Origin: Octopus vulgaris | Lineage: Eukaryota | Direction of reading: 5' to 3' | Assembly: GCA_951406725.2 (NCBI GenBank) | Contig: OX597828.1 | Coordinates: 34,100,001 to 34,164,000 of the forward strand | Length of the DNA: 64,000 bases | Notes under the pieces: generated by a model | What the model was told of the DNA's origin: nothing | Seen by the model: the letters and a program-made list of their open reading frames with translations, nothing else | Database searches by the model: none | Part shown: piece by piece, positions 24,878 to 40,100 of the stretch | Position numbering within the stretch: position 1 is the stretch's first letter | Layout: the number at the start of each line of letters is the position of its first letter | Program-made: the position numbers and the translations under genes

Positions 24878-26223
24878 GTAAGTTTAACTAAAAAATTTTT
24901 TCCAGTTTTTATTATAACTTTCAGTGTCTGAGAAAACAATCTCAAAGACACTCTCAAGAAAACAATATGATCTCAAAGACACTCTTGAGCTTGTCTTACA
25001 TAATTCATACAATATAATAATAATAAAAAAATGTCTAGTGTTTTTATTGTTGTTTAACCCCAAGTTAGTCCTGATTGAACCAGACCTCTGATCAGAGGTA
25101 TGTCACCTTTGACTAATCCAGCTTTTTTTCTGTATATCTAGTACTTATATATATAGGCTTCTTTCAGTTTCCATCTGCCTAATCCACTTACAAGGCCTTA
25201 GTTGACTTCAGCCTACAGTAGAAGACACATGCCTGAGGTTCCATGCTGTGGGACTGAACCTGAAACCATGTGATTGGGGAGCAAACTTCTTACCACACAG
25301 CCACATCTGTGCCTGTTGTACACATATTCGTTTCAAATTTTGGCACAAAGCCAGCAATTTTGGGTGGGGTGGGGGTGGGGTCAGTTGATTACTGCATATA
25401 CTCAGTTATAAATCGCACTTTTTTCACCTAAAGTTGCGGGTGTGGATTATAAGTGCATCTTATAAAAAAATAGGTAGAAGCCATGTCTGAAGTTCCAACA
25501 CTTGGAATGACCGAAAAATCCCGAATTGCTAATTCCAAAGCCAAGAAATACACGGAAGAGGATTTTTTATATATTTCTTTATTTCTGTTATTTGGTGAAA
25601 GTGATGATGAATTCTTCTGATTTTTGTCACAATGCTTCATACGCTTCCTTACAATTTAAAATAGTTTACTGTATATTTTTTTTCCAATCGTAGCACATAT
25701 GACTGCATGCTTTTGTGTGTCAGTTGCTGCAGAAGTGTCCTAATAAAGAAAGTCATCAATCAAAAAGTAAAGAGAAAGTATCGAACCGATTGAAGCTCAA
25801 TACGATAAACAAGTCAACTAGCATTATCAAGGATAAGATTTTACATTATAAACAGCGGTTTCTAAAATGCATGGACTTAATGGGGTAACTGTTGTAAGTC
25901 ATCTGCAGCTTACTGAAAGCTCAGTTACCGAACAACAACTATGTCGGCGTGATTCCTAATCAAACTTTGCACTAAAACATCAAAAAAGTCACTGCGATTT
26001 GTAGTCAGTTCACTGATAAAATTCCCGATTTGAACCTTGTAAGTTGGATGCGTCTTATAGGCGAGGGCGTTTTGTAGTTGAGTATATACGGTACGTTAAC
26101 CCCAGTGCTCAACAGGTACATATATGATGAAAAGAACTGACTCTTACAAGCTTGTTATCATAGTAGTAGAACATGGCTCTTGATCTTCCTACTTTTGAAA
26201 CTAATTTCCTTCCATTTTGACAG

Positions 26224-26296
26224 GACGAAGTCGCTGGGTAATTTATAACAAGAAATTCAATGTTGATTATGATGGGAGCATGATACCAGCTGCTTG
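26224..26296 (+). CDS. NDUFA12: NDUFA12 exon 3 (RSRWVIYNKKFNVDYDGSMIPAAW)
   Basis: Signature R.RWV.Y...D.DGS.IP..W; GACAG/GTATGT. Confidence 0.95.
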
Positions 26297-26554
26297 GTAT
26301 GTATATATAGATATATACTTCTTTTATCTTTTACTTGTTTCAATCATTGAATTGCAGACATACTAGTCTTGAAGGATTTTAGTTAAGCAAATTGACCCCC
26401 AAGTACTTTTTTCTTTGTTTGTTTTTAAAATCTGGTACTTTTATCATTTGGTACTCTGCCAAACCACTAAGTCAAGTGGTGTGTAAACAAACAGTGGTTG
26501 TGGACAAATACACATACACACACATATATGCATATGTACGTGTGTGTATGAGTG

Positions 26555-26605
<51 letters not shown>

Positions 26606-27873
26606 TCAGCATCATTGTTTAATGTCCGTTTTCCATGCTGGCATGGGTTGGATGGCTTGACTGAGGTCTGGAAAGCCAGCAGCTGCACCAGGCTCCAATC
26701 TGATCTGGCAATGTTTCTACAGCTGGATGCCCTTCCTAATGCCAACCACTCCAACAGTGTAGTGGGTACTTTTTACATGCCACTGGCACAGGAGCCAGTC
26801 AGGCAGACCTGGCATCAATCATGTTCGGATATATATTTATTTATTTATTTGTGTGTGTGGGTATATATGCATAAATTGTTTGAAGCAGGTAGTCAGGATT
26901 TTGGATAATTATTTATGTAGCACTTTCATCTCTTTGAGAAATTCATCATGAATGTCCTACTGGCACTGAATATGTTGTCTGCCAGGATTAAAGAACCTTT
27001 TCCCTCCCTCCCTCCCTCCAGCTGTCTGGAAGTAAGGAAAAAGTTCTTTAGTCCTCACAGACAACATATATAGTACCATTAGAGCAATAAAATGCACCCA
27101 GTCCATGCTGTAATGGGGTCGACTATTTTTAGGGCCTCAAGGTTCAAACTGACATACAAAATAACGAGATTTTGGTAGTCTTCTCTGTTCTAGATTGTGT
27201 AGAAGTATTACTGGTTATGATATACGGAGTGAATATTATGAACAACACAAGTTGACATAAATTGTGCCCTCTGTGTGTTTCACCATTGTGGCTGTTTAGA
27301 AACTCTGCAGTGGTTGTAAGTTGACGACTACCTGTATGTAATAAAGAAAGGCAGGTATGTGCAATACAAAACCAAAAAGGAAAAATTCATTTGTCGTTAA
27401 TTGTGACTGACAAGGTAAGGTAGCAACCTGGCATCATCAGTCACAATTCATGACAATTGTATGCATATATATATATATATATATATACATATGTATATGT
27501 AAAAAAATACAAACTGGGACAAGAACGCAAAACATTTAGAAGACGATACAAAAAACACAGATGGGACATTCGAAGCTTCAATCTTCAGTCAAGAACCGGA
27601 TCATCCTCGCAATTTCGGCTGATTAATCTTGAGATTACTCCGACCTGGCCAGCCCCAGAGGAAAATCTAAGCCAAGCGCATTAGATTCCTTGGAAGAAAG
27701 CTTCGAATGTATACAAAACAAGGACGGAAAAACGGACGATGTTACACGAATAAGAATACAAAAATACGTAAAAACAATAATGATAACACGAATAAGAATA
27801 CAAAAATACGTAAAAACAATAATGATAATAATAATAACAAAAACAGGACGTCACATATATATATGTAAGTATG

Positions 27874-27904
<31 letters not shown>

Positions 27905-28580
27905 TCTGATTGAATCTTCCACATGTTAACATGTACCTTCTTGCGACAATGCAAACTTTTGTTTAATCAAGATATCCTTTGCCTGAAGAGCAACCTGCAG
28001 TGTACACCCCACTTGGATATTTACCACTTCCAAGGTTCCATTTACTATGAAACTTATGTAGCCTGGATCTTATCTACTCCATTCTTTAACTCTTGTATTC
28101 TTATTTGCACACCTAACAACCCTGATCACCTACCGCGAAATATAAAAAGAACTTTTTTTTCAGTTTAGTAAAAAATCCACGACCTTCCATCTCAATAAAC
28201 CAATATTGTCCCAGAAAGTTGTTTTTTGTATTTATTATGGATTGTTTGAAGCTAACTTTCTTCCTACACCTTGATCCTTGGACCTTATATTTGTCTACAT
28301 CTATATGTATGTGTAGACTCTTTCTGACATCATTTGATAATTGTAAATGAGTGTCTGTCATACAAGCAGTGTTGTTTGATTCCAATCTTCCATGAAAACA
28401 AGTGAGGGTTGGTGACAGGAAAGGCATCTGGACCTGTGCAAACATGGAAAAATGGGTGCTATGGGATGGATGTAGATATGTTGAAGAGCATAGGCTCGAA
28501 ACCTAAAAGACTTTCTCACTTCCCGAGCATTAAACTAATACATCTGTTTATGTATATGTACATACTTGCATCTATACATA

Positions 28581-28650
<70 letters not shown>

Positions 28651-29318
28651 TATGTGGGCACAGGACCACGAAATGTGTACAACAAAAAATACGAAGTACA
28701 AGTACATGGAACATGAACTATTCTTTTGAACAACAAAAGACACAAATGGAAAACAAATCAAACAACATAAAGAACGACTCTTCATCAGTTGTTGGCTGTT
28801 TTTCTAGTTTTGTATTTCGAACATTTAACAACAATGTACGCTTTCCATAAAACAGTTGTTCTTGCAAAGCAAATTAAATAAAATTTGGGATTTTGTAGAG
28901 GGTCAAAATTGGTAACACAAACAGGAAGGGCTGCTAAGCCTCAATGAGGTTTTGGTGGCGAATGCGTAAATCAAGCTTGGACAGGAGACAAACAAGAACA
29001 CATCTTCCTTGTTCCAGCTACAACGGAGAGAAAGAAAGAAACACAAGTTAGGAGAAGAAAGATGGCCAATGGTCACGTGGGAGCCACGTGAGTGAGGGAG
29101 AAAGAGTGACAGGGTAATAGGAAAGAATAGTGGGAGAAGAGGAGGTAAAAGAATAAGAGAAAAATGAAAGAGTAAAAAGATCGTATAGAGTGTGCATCAT
29201 CAGAATTATTAAGTTAAAACTTATATACATATTTGTATTTGTAAACCCTTCGTTCACTCACATCTTTCTTCCATTTGTCTTGATTGCTGTCTTAACTTGT
29301 GATTACTTTGTCTTGCAG

Positions 29319-29484
29319 GCATCGCTGGTTACACTACATAGGGGATGAACCGCCCACCGTATCCCCTCCCGTCTCAAAGCCTTGGATGTCACCACACTTA
29401 GAAAACCCTTCAGGAACATGTAAAGAATACGTTCCATATTCAACAACAAGGCCAAAAATAGAGAGCTGGCAACCTCCAAAATAA
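29319..29484 (+). CDS. NDUFA12: NDUFA12 exon 4 (HRWLHYIGDEPP...EYVPYSTTRPKIESWQPPK*)
   Basis: Signature HRWLH and YVPYSTT.PKI..W.P; spliced CDS totals 411 nt (136 aa plus stop). Confidence 0.96.
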
Positions 29485-29534
29485 TTTCTGCCTTTTTATA
29501 GTTTCTTTGCTTTGTTTAGACCTTACTAACTAAT

Positions 29535-29540
29535 AATAAA
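29535..29540 (+). terminator. Candidate polyadenylation signal AATAAA for NDUFA12
   Basis: First AATAAA about 50 nt after the stop codon; others follow. Confidence 0.35.
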
Positions 29541-30269
29541 CAGGGTGCATGTTGCCAATTCCATCATGTGAACCCTGAGTTTTGAAGCGTATTGTTGTCA
29601 GAGTTATCATTCATTTTTTTAATTGTTTCTGTACCTAAATATAATACAGAGTGTCCATAAATTACCTTCACAATTTGACTGAATAAATTGTGGAAGTTGT
29701 AAAGATAATTTATAAACACCCTCTTCAAATAATAAAGGATATACAACAGGCATGGTTGTGTGCTTAAGAAGTTTGTTTCCTAATGCAGTTTTCAGTTCAA
29801 TCCCATTGTGCAGCACCTCGGGTAAGTATCTTCTACCATAGCACCAGTCCAGCTTGAAGCCTTGCAAATGATTTTGGTGGCTGGAAATCACCACTTTTAG
29901 CTTCTCTTTTGCTCACCAATTAATTAGTCAGCCTTGTGTGCCTATTACAAGCTATCTCAGTTCATTCTTCCATCACACTCTAATGGCATAGAACCATTTA
30001 TTAGAGTAGAATTTTATTTGTTAAGCTTCTTTACACTGGAATGTTGGGAATCTAGATGAGAAGAATTGAAGTTGTTTTGAGAATTTGTAGGTTTTCCGAG
30101 GAACAGACAAGCTAAATGGAAGTGTTTTCTAAGATCTCCGCCTGGATAGAATAGATTAGCCAATGCTTTTAAATTATCACCCTTGATTGACTGACAAAAT
30201 ATGCAGCATCTAACGAGCATTTAGATTACAGCTAATTGACAGAAAACTGTATATTTCACCCAAGGATAG

Positions 30270-30702
30270 CTGCATAAAGAGGTGTTGAGCTCTAATTGTG
30301 GAGGGTACCCATGGAAAGGATAGAACCAGGAAGACATGGGATGAAGTGGTGAGAAAGGATCATCTGATGCTGGGCCTCACTGAAGAAATGACTAGGGACC
30401 AGGAGAAGTGGCAATTGGCTGTACTTGATAAGCATGTTAAGCTAAGTAAAATCGTTGTCTTTTGCACATACAGGCTTGTCTTTCAGGTGCGAATGCCACT
30501 TAAAAATCACCTGTGTCAATGCTGTGTTAACGCACCTGTGCCAGTGGCACATAAATGCGCAACCAACACACTGTTAAGTGGTTAGTGTCAGGAAGAGCAT
30601 CCAGCTGTAGAAACCATGCCTCAACAGACAGTTGGAGTCTGGACAGCTCTATGTCAAACCGTCCAACCCATACCAGCTTAGAAAGTGGTCGTTAAATGAT
30701 GA
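30270..30702 (+). mobile_element. RTE-type LINE 3' end (ORF C-terminus plus 3' UTR)
   Basis: VEGT.G..R.RKTWDEVVRKD...LGLTEEMTRD..KW..AV is an RTE C-terminal motif. Confidence 0.75.
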
Positions 30703-30769
30703 AAGTCGTTTTTTCTTTGTGTGAAATAGCATCAACAAATATTTGTTTACAACAACAATATTCACACAG

Positions 30770-31187
30770 AAATTAAGTACCAGTTGCATACTGGAGTCGA
30801 TTTAATTGACTGGCCCCCTCCCCCAAAATTTCGGGCCTTGTGTCTAGAGTAGAAAAGAATATTTTTTGTCTGTCTTTATGTTCTGAGTTCAAATTCTGCC
30901 AAGGTTGACTTTGCCTTTCGGGGTTGATAAATTAAGTACCAATTGCATACTGGGGTCAATCTAATCAACTGGCCCTCTCCCACAAAATTTCAGGCCTTGT
31001 GCCTAGAGTAGAAAAGAATATTTTTCATTTATCTTTATGTTCTGAGTTCAAATTCCACTGAGGTTGACTTTGCCTTTCATCCTTTCGGAGTTGATAAATT
31101 CAATACCAGTTGCATACTGGGGTCAATCTAATCAACTGGCCCTCTCCTCCAAAATTTTGGACCTTGTGCCTAGAGTAGAAAAGAATA
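30770..31187 (+). repeat. Tandem array (about 2.6 units of about 160-170 bp) of the SINE-like core
   Basis: TACCAGTTGCATACTGGGGTC...CCTTGTGCCTAGAGTAGAAAAGAATAT occurs three times. Confidence 0.8.
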
Positions 31188-34100
31188 TCCACACAGACTG
31201 AATAGTGACAAAAACCAAATCACTCTTACACAATACTTTTTTCGGTTTGTGTGTGTACAAGTGCATCACAAGATCCAGTCCTTGTTACTTTGAGGGGGCT
31301 TGAATGCCTCAACAACCATGAGAGCAGAGCCAGTCGGGCCTTAGATGTTGTATAGGTCAAAAGATAACAGCCACACTAATATGGTACCATCGCTTCCCAG
31401 AAGTAAAAATGGGTTTGCATGGAGCCAGTCCTACCTAGAAAAGTAAAAAGCAAAGTTACAGGAGCATCAACGATGATTCAAAACCAGCAAAACGAGGGTC
31501 TTCCCTCAGGGAAACATATGACATGGTACAGCAAAATCCAATAGGGAGCTTGACGAGAAACCACAAAATGGTTTTTGTGCAACCATTTTTTTTTTATTTT
31601 GAGTAAAAATCTGTGACTAATCTACACAGTTATGTTTTAGTAAACAACATCCATTTGGAATTACCAGAAGAAAGATAAGAAAATAATTTCTTATACCAGC
31701 TATTTGGTTTTATGTGAATAGATTAGAGTGACGTTTGAGCAGAGCCTCATGCATCAAGGAGTAACTTTTTAAATGAAAATAGAGATTGAAATAAATGATT
31801 TTTGCTTTCATTGTTTATTTATTCAGATTATTTTATCAAATGTAAAACTTATTTATTCACAGTGTTTTGAATTAATCATGGGATTATCTAATAGCTTTGA
31901 GATTTTGATGATGTGATTGTTTTTAGAATGAAATTATAGGGTAAGTGTGAGAAATTCCGGTCTGTTTTAACATAAAATAGAATATTTGGGCTGGTTATGA
32001 CCATTTTAAAATGCTAAAAGGTTCAATCATCACCTGGTTGTGCTAGTTTGGATATGCTTGACTTAGTCATAGTTCTTAAAATCCCACAGAGCAATCAGGA
32101 TGTCAACAAAGCAACATCCCACGTTCAGACTGGTCTAGTTGATGGAAGTTTATATTTGAGGCCAATCTGTATGTTGGGTGTCCATTGGAATGTATTTCTA
32201 GAGAGTTCTTGTTTAACTCTCCAGCAAAGTCTTGCAAAATGTAGGCAGCTTTCTCTTGACTGACATCTCTAACTGCAAGAACACTGCCATGCACGCTTTG
32301 TTTGGCTGGATGCATTTTCTTTTATGAGATAATTCACATAGACAAAACTGAACTTTGGATATTTTAATAAGATTTTCCCCAAGCCAGATGAAAACTTTTG
32401 GTGGACCAGATTCAGTCTACAGATAAGAAACCTCTGCTCTAGCTTTGGTGTTAGTAGTAGATACAATGACTCAAATGTGGTTTTTAGTAAAGTCTCACAG
32501 TGAAGCGTCTTGTACTATAGTCCCAGGTAACCCTAGCCTTGTGAGTGGATTTGGTAAACAAAAAAAAAAAAAAACTTTTCGTAATGTGCATGTATTTGTG
32601 ATAATTTGTACAAAAGTTGAATACAATGCTGTTGTATTCAGTTCTCCTGTCAAACAATTGCCAGGTCACTTTGTGCCTTTGAAGCTGAATGGAATCAAGG
32701 GTTAGCATCAGGAAAGGCATCAGGGTGTATGTACGACTGTTTCCTTATCTTGACATCACTTGCTAGTTGTAAATGAGTGTTGCCGTCATGGAAACAATGT
32801 CCTTCTATTCTAATCTCCCATGAAAACATGTCTGGTCATGAGGTTGGGAAATATTTATTTCCTTATTGCCCACAGGGGGACAAACAAGGACAGACAAAAG
32901 GATTAAGTTGATTACATTGACTCCAGTGCATAACTGGTACTTATTTAATTGATTCCAAAAGGATGAAAAGGCAAAGACAACCTCGGTGGAATTTGAAGTC
33001 AGAATGTAATGGCAAATGAAATGCCGCTAAGCATTTCACCCGGTGTGCTAACGATTCTGCCAGCTTGCCAATGGGGTTTGGAAATATTGCCCTGCTTAGA
33101 AACAGGTGTGTGTTGGCTAGAGGAAGGGCACCTAGCTGGATATAATCTGCCTCAACAATTTCTATGGCAACCATGGAAGCATGAAAAAGTGGACTTTAAA
33201 ACAGGAAAACTACCATGATACAAATCTTTCCGTCTCAGCAGGTGGATCTTGGATTAAATTATTTGTGAAACAAATGTAATTCAAGAAATAAAAAATAGCA
33301 TTTAACAAGTTTATGCCTTGAAATATTTCTTAACATAAGTGCAGGAGTGGTTCTAGGTTCAGTCCCATTGAGTGGCACCTTGGGCAAGTGTCTTCTACTA
33401 TAGCCTCGGGCCGACTAAAGCCTTGTGAGTGGATCTAGTAGATGGAAACTGAAAGAAGCTCATAATATGTATATATTTGTGTGTGTGTGTGTTTTTCTCC
33501 CCTCCATCACTTGACAACTGATGTTGGTGTGTTTACATGCCCGTAACTTAGCGGTTCAGCAAAAGACACTAACAGAATAAGTACTAGACTTACAAAGAAT
33601 AAGTCCTGGGGTCGATTTGTTCAACTAAAGGCTGCAGTCAAATGATGGAAACAAATAAAAGAAGAAAAGAACATTTTGTAGGTGATATATATATGATATA
33701 TATTTATTACATGAAATTAGTCATTTATAACATGGACAGAATCTTGGCATATATATATGTATATATATGAATTTTATTTACATTAGCACATATTTTTAAA
33801 ACTGCAAGAGATGTGACATTACTATTTGTTCATTTTTTTCTTATTAGTTGAATATTACTAAAACTATAATATTCTGCTTTTTTTTTTTTGTGATGTGTGT
33901 GTGTGTGGGTGGGTCTTCTTTTTCTTTCTTTTATCCTTTCAAAAATTACTTTAAAGTGACTAAAATTTTCACTTATGAATATTTCAATTTTATTCAATAC
34001 AAGTTTATTTTGAAAACATCATATCACAACCTGAAATTTTGTTCCTTTTGTGGATAACGAAATGGCATAGAACCAAATGTCATAAATTTTATATTTTTTC

Positions 34101-37100
34101 CCCCACCACCTTTTTTTTCTTTTTTTTTTTTTTTGTTGATCACAAGCTCTCAGTTTTATTAGAACATACCGTTGTGAAGAAAAGATAAAAATCGGATTGT
34201 GTGATATACATTTTCATACCAAAATGATACAGCCACAAGTATTCAAAACTAATTTGCAGATGTCACAACCCATCAGGTTCAATTGGCCCTGCAGAACATT
34301 TTACAATAAGTTATTATGGCAGAATCGTTAACACGTCAGGTAAAATGCTAAGCGGTAGTTCGTCTGTCATCATGTTTAGTTCAAATTCTGCCAGGGTCAA
34401 TTTTGCCTTTCATCCTTTCGGGGGTCGATAAATTAAGCACCAGTTACACACCGGGGTCGATGTAATCAACTGGTCCCCTACCCCAAAATGTCAGGCCTTG
34501 TACATATAGTAGAAAGGATTATTATTATTATTAAGGCAGCGAGCTGGCAGAATCATAAGCATGCCAGACAAAATGTTTAGTGACATTTCACCTGTCTTTA
34601 CATTCTAGGTTCAAATTCCGCCAAGGTCGAATTGTGTACCAGTTGTGTACTGGGCTCAATTTAATCGACTTATCCCCTCCCCCAAAATTGCTGCCCTTGT
34701 GGCAAATTTTGAAACCATTATTACTATTATTATTATTATTATTATTATTATTAAGGCAGCATGTTCAGGCAGAATTGTTAGCATACCGGGGAAAATGCTT
34801 AGCAGTATTTCACCTGTTTTGGCATTCTGAGTTCAAATGCTGCTGAGGCCGACTTTGCCTTTTATCTTCTCGGGGTCAATAAAAGAAGCAGCAGTCAAAT
34901 ACTGAGGTTGACGTAATTCACTGGTGCCTTCCGCCAAAATTTCAGGCCTTGTACCTTTAGAAGAAAGGATCATTATTATTATTATTATTGGCCTGGCAAA
35001 ATAGTTAATATATCAGACAAAATGCTTAGTGGTATTTCATATGTCCTTATGTTCTGAGTTCAAATGCCAGCAAGGTCGGCTTCACTTTTTGTCTTTTTAG
35101 TGTCAATAAAATAAGTACTAGTTACATACTGGGGTGGATATAATCGACTGATACCCCTTGACATAAAACTGTTGGCTTTTCATCAAACTCTGAAACAACA
35201 ACAACAACAACTATTATTATCATTATTATTGTTGTTAGTAAAGCAGTGAACTAGCAGAATCAGTGCACCGGATAAATTGCTTAGAGACATTTCTTCCATC
35301 TCTTAATGTTCAGATTTCAAATTATGCTAAGGTGGACTTTGCCTTTCATCCTTTTCAAATTCTGCCAGTTTGTAGCCTTATTAATTCTTTTACTTGTTTC
35401 AGTCATTTGACTGCAGCCGTGCTGGAGCACCACCTTTAGTCGAGCAAATCAACTCCAGCCTAGTACTTATTCTATTGCTCTCTTTTGTCGAACCACTAGG
35501 TTATAGGGACATAAACACACCAGCATTGGTTGTCAAGCAATGTTGGGGGGCACAAATACAGACACACAAACATACATACACACACACATATATATATATA
35601 TACACGATGGGCTTCTTTCAATTTCCATCTACCAAATCCACTCACAAGGTCTTGGTCAGCCCGAGTTTATAGTAGAAGACACTTGCCCAAGGTGCCATGC
35701 AGTGGGAATGAACCTGGGACCATGTGGTTCGTAAGCAAGCTACTTACCACACAGCCACTCCTGCACCTATAATAATAATAATAATAATCCTTTCCACTAT
35801 AGGCACAAGGCCTGAAATTTTGAGGGACGGGATAGTCGATTACATCGACTCCAGTATGCAACTGGTACAGTAATCCCTTGCCCTGTCACAGTTCACTTAT
35901 TGCGGTTTATTATTTAAGCTTACATCGATTCCTCCATGGTGTTTTGCATTTATAACAAAATAAATATATACAAATTATGAAAATAATAATAAAAAAACTA
36001 TACAGTACAGTTCTGTTTCTACTTTGTAGATTTTCACCTATCATGAGGGGTTGTGGAACATAACACCCAAGATAGTCAAGCGATTACTGTATTTACTTTA
36101 TCGACCCCTTAAAGATGAAAGGCAGGCAAAGTTAACTTCAGCAGAATTTGATCCGTGAATGTAAAGATGAACGTAATGCCGTTCAGCATTTTGCCCAGCA
36201 CGCCACCATAATAATAATAATAATAATAATAATGATAATAATCATCATCATCATCATAATAAAGGCAATAATTTCTGTATTTTTGTTTTAATTTTATTTC
36301 ATTTTCTAAATGTCACTTAGCGGTTCGGCCCGTCACTTAGCGGTTCGGCAAAAGAGACCGATAGAATAAGTACTGGGCTTACAAAGAATAAGTCCCGGGG
36401 TCGATTTGCTTGACTAAAGGCGGTGCTCCAGCATGGCCGCAGTCAAATGACTGAAACAAGTAAAAGAGTAAAGAGTAATAGACACAAGGCTACACATTGA
36501 AGGACGGAATAGTTCATGGAATTAATCTTCAGGACTCAACTGATATTTCGTTTTATAGACCATGAAAAAAAGATGAAAGACAAAGCTAGCCTTGGAAGGA
36601 TTTGAACTCAAAACATGCAGAAAGTTATAACACAGCAAGGCATTTGGCTGGCTCTAACAGTTCTGCCAATCTACTTCACCTATATTATTTCTTACATACA
36701 CATATACACACAAAACCAAACATCTGGTAGGAAGACACAATTGATTAAACTGACCCCGGTATTTGACAGGTATGGTAGAACCTTGCAGTATGATTGCCTT
36801 ACTGTACAAGTAATTTGTCGTACGAGCCGAGTCTCATGCAAATTTTTGTCCTGAAGTACAAGCGGAAATCCGCAGTATGAGAACACAAATTGTCCCATCT
36901 TTAAGGTAATTCAGTTAATAAAACCAGTTTACATATTTCTTTTGCATTCTCTTTTTTATATTGATTGATTCTAGTTTCAGCTCACGAGCTGTGGTCATGC
37001 TGGGGCACCGCCATTTAAGTACCAGTGAAATAATTGTGATTTTACTTGTAACTAAACTTTTTCTGTTTTAAAGTCCATAAAAAATTATTTTTGAGTGGTT

Positions 37101-40100
37101 TTGGTGGACTGGAACAGATTAATTATTTTTGAGTGGTTTTTGGGGACTGGAACAGATTAATTATATTTTAGTTAATTTCAATGGGGAAAACTGATTTGTA
37201 AAATGAGTAAACCATAAGATGAGCTCGGTCACGGAATGAATTAAACTCGTACTGCGAGGTATCACTGTATTTTATTTGACCCTTGAAGAACAAAAGGTAA
37301 TGTTAACTCTGGTGAGATTTGAACTTAGAATGTAAAGATATGGAGGAAATGCTGCAAGGCATTTTGCTTGATGCTCAAATGAACCTGCCCATCCGTTACC
37401 CTTAGTAACTTTTTATTTCGTCACGTAGCAAGGAAAACTTAGCCAGTGCTATCAATGCCAGTACTTGATTGGTAGTTAGTCCACATTTAAGGAGCAAAGG
37501 ACAGGTTCCCTGGTTTCTCTGGCATATTTATATATATATATATATATATTACGGAGATGTACTTGCATAGCGAGTGACTTGATCTGAGATCATGTGCTGG
37601 AACGAAAACTATTGCAGCATGGAAGGTGCTTATAAGCCATTTAAGAAACACACAAAAACCGTCAGATTCACTTCAACATTTAAATTTAATTTGTCAAAAT
37701 ATTTTCGTCTCAAATCGACAAAAATATTTTGAAAAATTAAATTTAAATGTTGAAGTGAATCTAACGGTTTTTGTGCGTTTCTTAAATGGCTTATAAGTAC
37801 CTTCCATGCCTCAATTGTTTATATATATATATATTCCTTTTTGGATGGGACACAGGTCTGTCACAGGATCACTCATTTTTACCAATTGAATGGAGTGAAA
37901 CAATATGAAACAAGGTGATTTGGTCAAGAACACAACACATTGCCCATTCCAAGAATGGAAATCACAATCTGATGATCAGGATTACATCACTGTAACCTCG
38001 AATCCATGTGCCTCCACAGTACTTTATTGATACTTTACTTTATTGACACCTGAAAAATGAAGGGGAAATCTGACTCTGGTGAGATTTGAACTCAGAACAA
38101 AGATTCAGAAGGAATACTGCTAGTTTGCTTCCCTTAAGGGTTTCTAATTCAGGTACAAGACCATCGATTTTAGTGATAATGTTGGTGGGGTCAGTTAATT
38201 CTATCAACCTCAGTGAGTGAACCAGACGGCAATATTATTATATTGACCATGAAGGGATGAAAGGCAAAGTTAACCTCCATGGAATCTGAACTCAGAATGT
38301 GAAGAGCTGGATTTAATACCACCAGGTAGTTTGTTTGATACCCTGACAATTCTGCCAATCTAATACTACTACCACCACCATCACCACAACAACAACCCTT
38401 ACTACTAAAGGCACAAGGTTTGAAATTTTGTGGGGAGGGGACAAGTTGATTACATCAGCCCCTAGTATTTCACTGGTACTTAATTTATGGATCCTGAAAG
38501 AATGGGAGGAAAAGTTGACCTTGGCAGAATTTGAACTCAGAACTTAAAGACAGACGAAATGCTGCTAAGCATTTTGTATGACATGTTAAAGATTCTGCCT
38601 GTTTGATGCCTTTTTGTCTTTTTGATTATAGGCACAAGGCCTGTAATTTTTGAGAGAAAGGGACCAGTTGACTACATCGACCCCAATGCTCAATGAGAAC
38701 TTATTTTATCGGCCTTAAAAAGATGAAAGGCAATGTCAACCTTGGTAGAATTTAAACACAGAATGTAAAGTCGAAAGAAATTGTCACAAAGCACTTTGTC
38801 TGACATGCTAACAATTCTGCCATCTCATCTGCTTGAAAAAAAAAAAAAAATGGTAATCTTCTTTTGAAGGCCACAAGGGTTCAAGACATATACATCACAA
38901 GAACAAGGTACAAACAAAACAGTAGAAGGGGATTTGAGATGAAGGGTTAATTGATATTCAATATTATTATCAAAAGATAAAACAAAATTTTCGTAAGTAT
39001 TTGCACAAAAAAAAACTTGATTGATATTTCAAAGATGGTAAAAAAAAATTAATAAATAAAAATTAAATATAAATAAAAAACATGAATTATCAAAATGGAA
39101 AAAAAAATTGAAAAAAAAAAAAATCCCAAATAAGTTATGTAAAATGGATTAAAGATGATAATCTATAAATACACAGGATTAATATTTGCAGAGTGTCTAG
39201 TTGTTGTTTAGTCTCGGATCAGTCCCAGTTTGGCAGGAGCATGAGCAAAGACATTCCAACTATGATCATCTAGGACTATACTATCCAATGTGACTTTTTT
39301 TTTTGTTTAGGACCACAGATTTGGCTGTTGTTTCTAGCAAGGTAAACATATCCCTAGAGGTACTCTCACTGTTTAGAACCTATTAATGAAATGATTTGGA
39401 TACAAGAGTTTTCACTCAATTTTCTTAAGATGGGAAGGTACATGCAACTTGAGAGATTTGTTTGCTAATTCTAACAGATCAAACAACAGAGAATTGATAG
39501 AAGCAATCAAGTACCAAACTAAATAAGTGAATTCATGAAAGAATCGAATTGTTTTGGGACCTTATTGTACACCCTCCATAGCAACTCAACATCTATACGA
39601 ATACCAATGATGTAGCCTTTATCTGGTCACCTCAACCTGCTAGAAATAGTAGCTAAATTTTGAATTCTACCTTGCAGCCTGTCTTAAAATGGGAAGGACA
39701 TTAAAAATAAAGCAATCCTAGGTACATTACACAGGATGGACACAGAATGGTCTTCTTTATGGGCCTGTTTGATCCGAACTAACCTGGGGTTAAACAAAGG
39801 CAGAAGAGGTCAATGAGTGATCCTCAATATGGTTATGCTACCAGCTAGAAATAGTAGCAAATTACATTCAGCAGTCTTAAAAGTTTGGAAAGACTCGTAT
39901 AATGTAGTCCTCTGCTGAATGGTCATGTTTGTAATGTCTTTGATCACTGGAACTAAACAACAACAACAACAACGATAGTAACAGCCATGGCTGGCACTTG
40001 ATTAATTCCGGGCATATGAAAATAAAATGAAAGTTCAACCTTAGTGTGATTTGAACATGGAACAGTGAAATAATGAATGTGACAACAGCACCAAATGTAT

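Noticed and set aside
27740-27830. 39-bp tandem duplication (a similar one lies at 37082-37160)
   Set aside because: Ordinary local slippage duplication within repeats.
32048-32466. Short overlapping ORFs in unique-looking intergenic sequence
   Set aside because: No recognisable motif or consistent splice frame.
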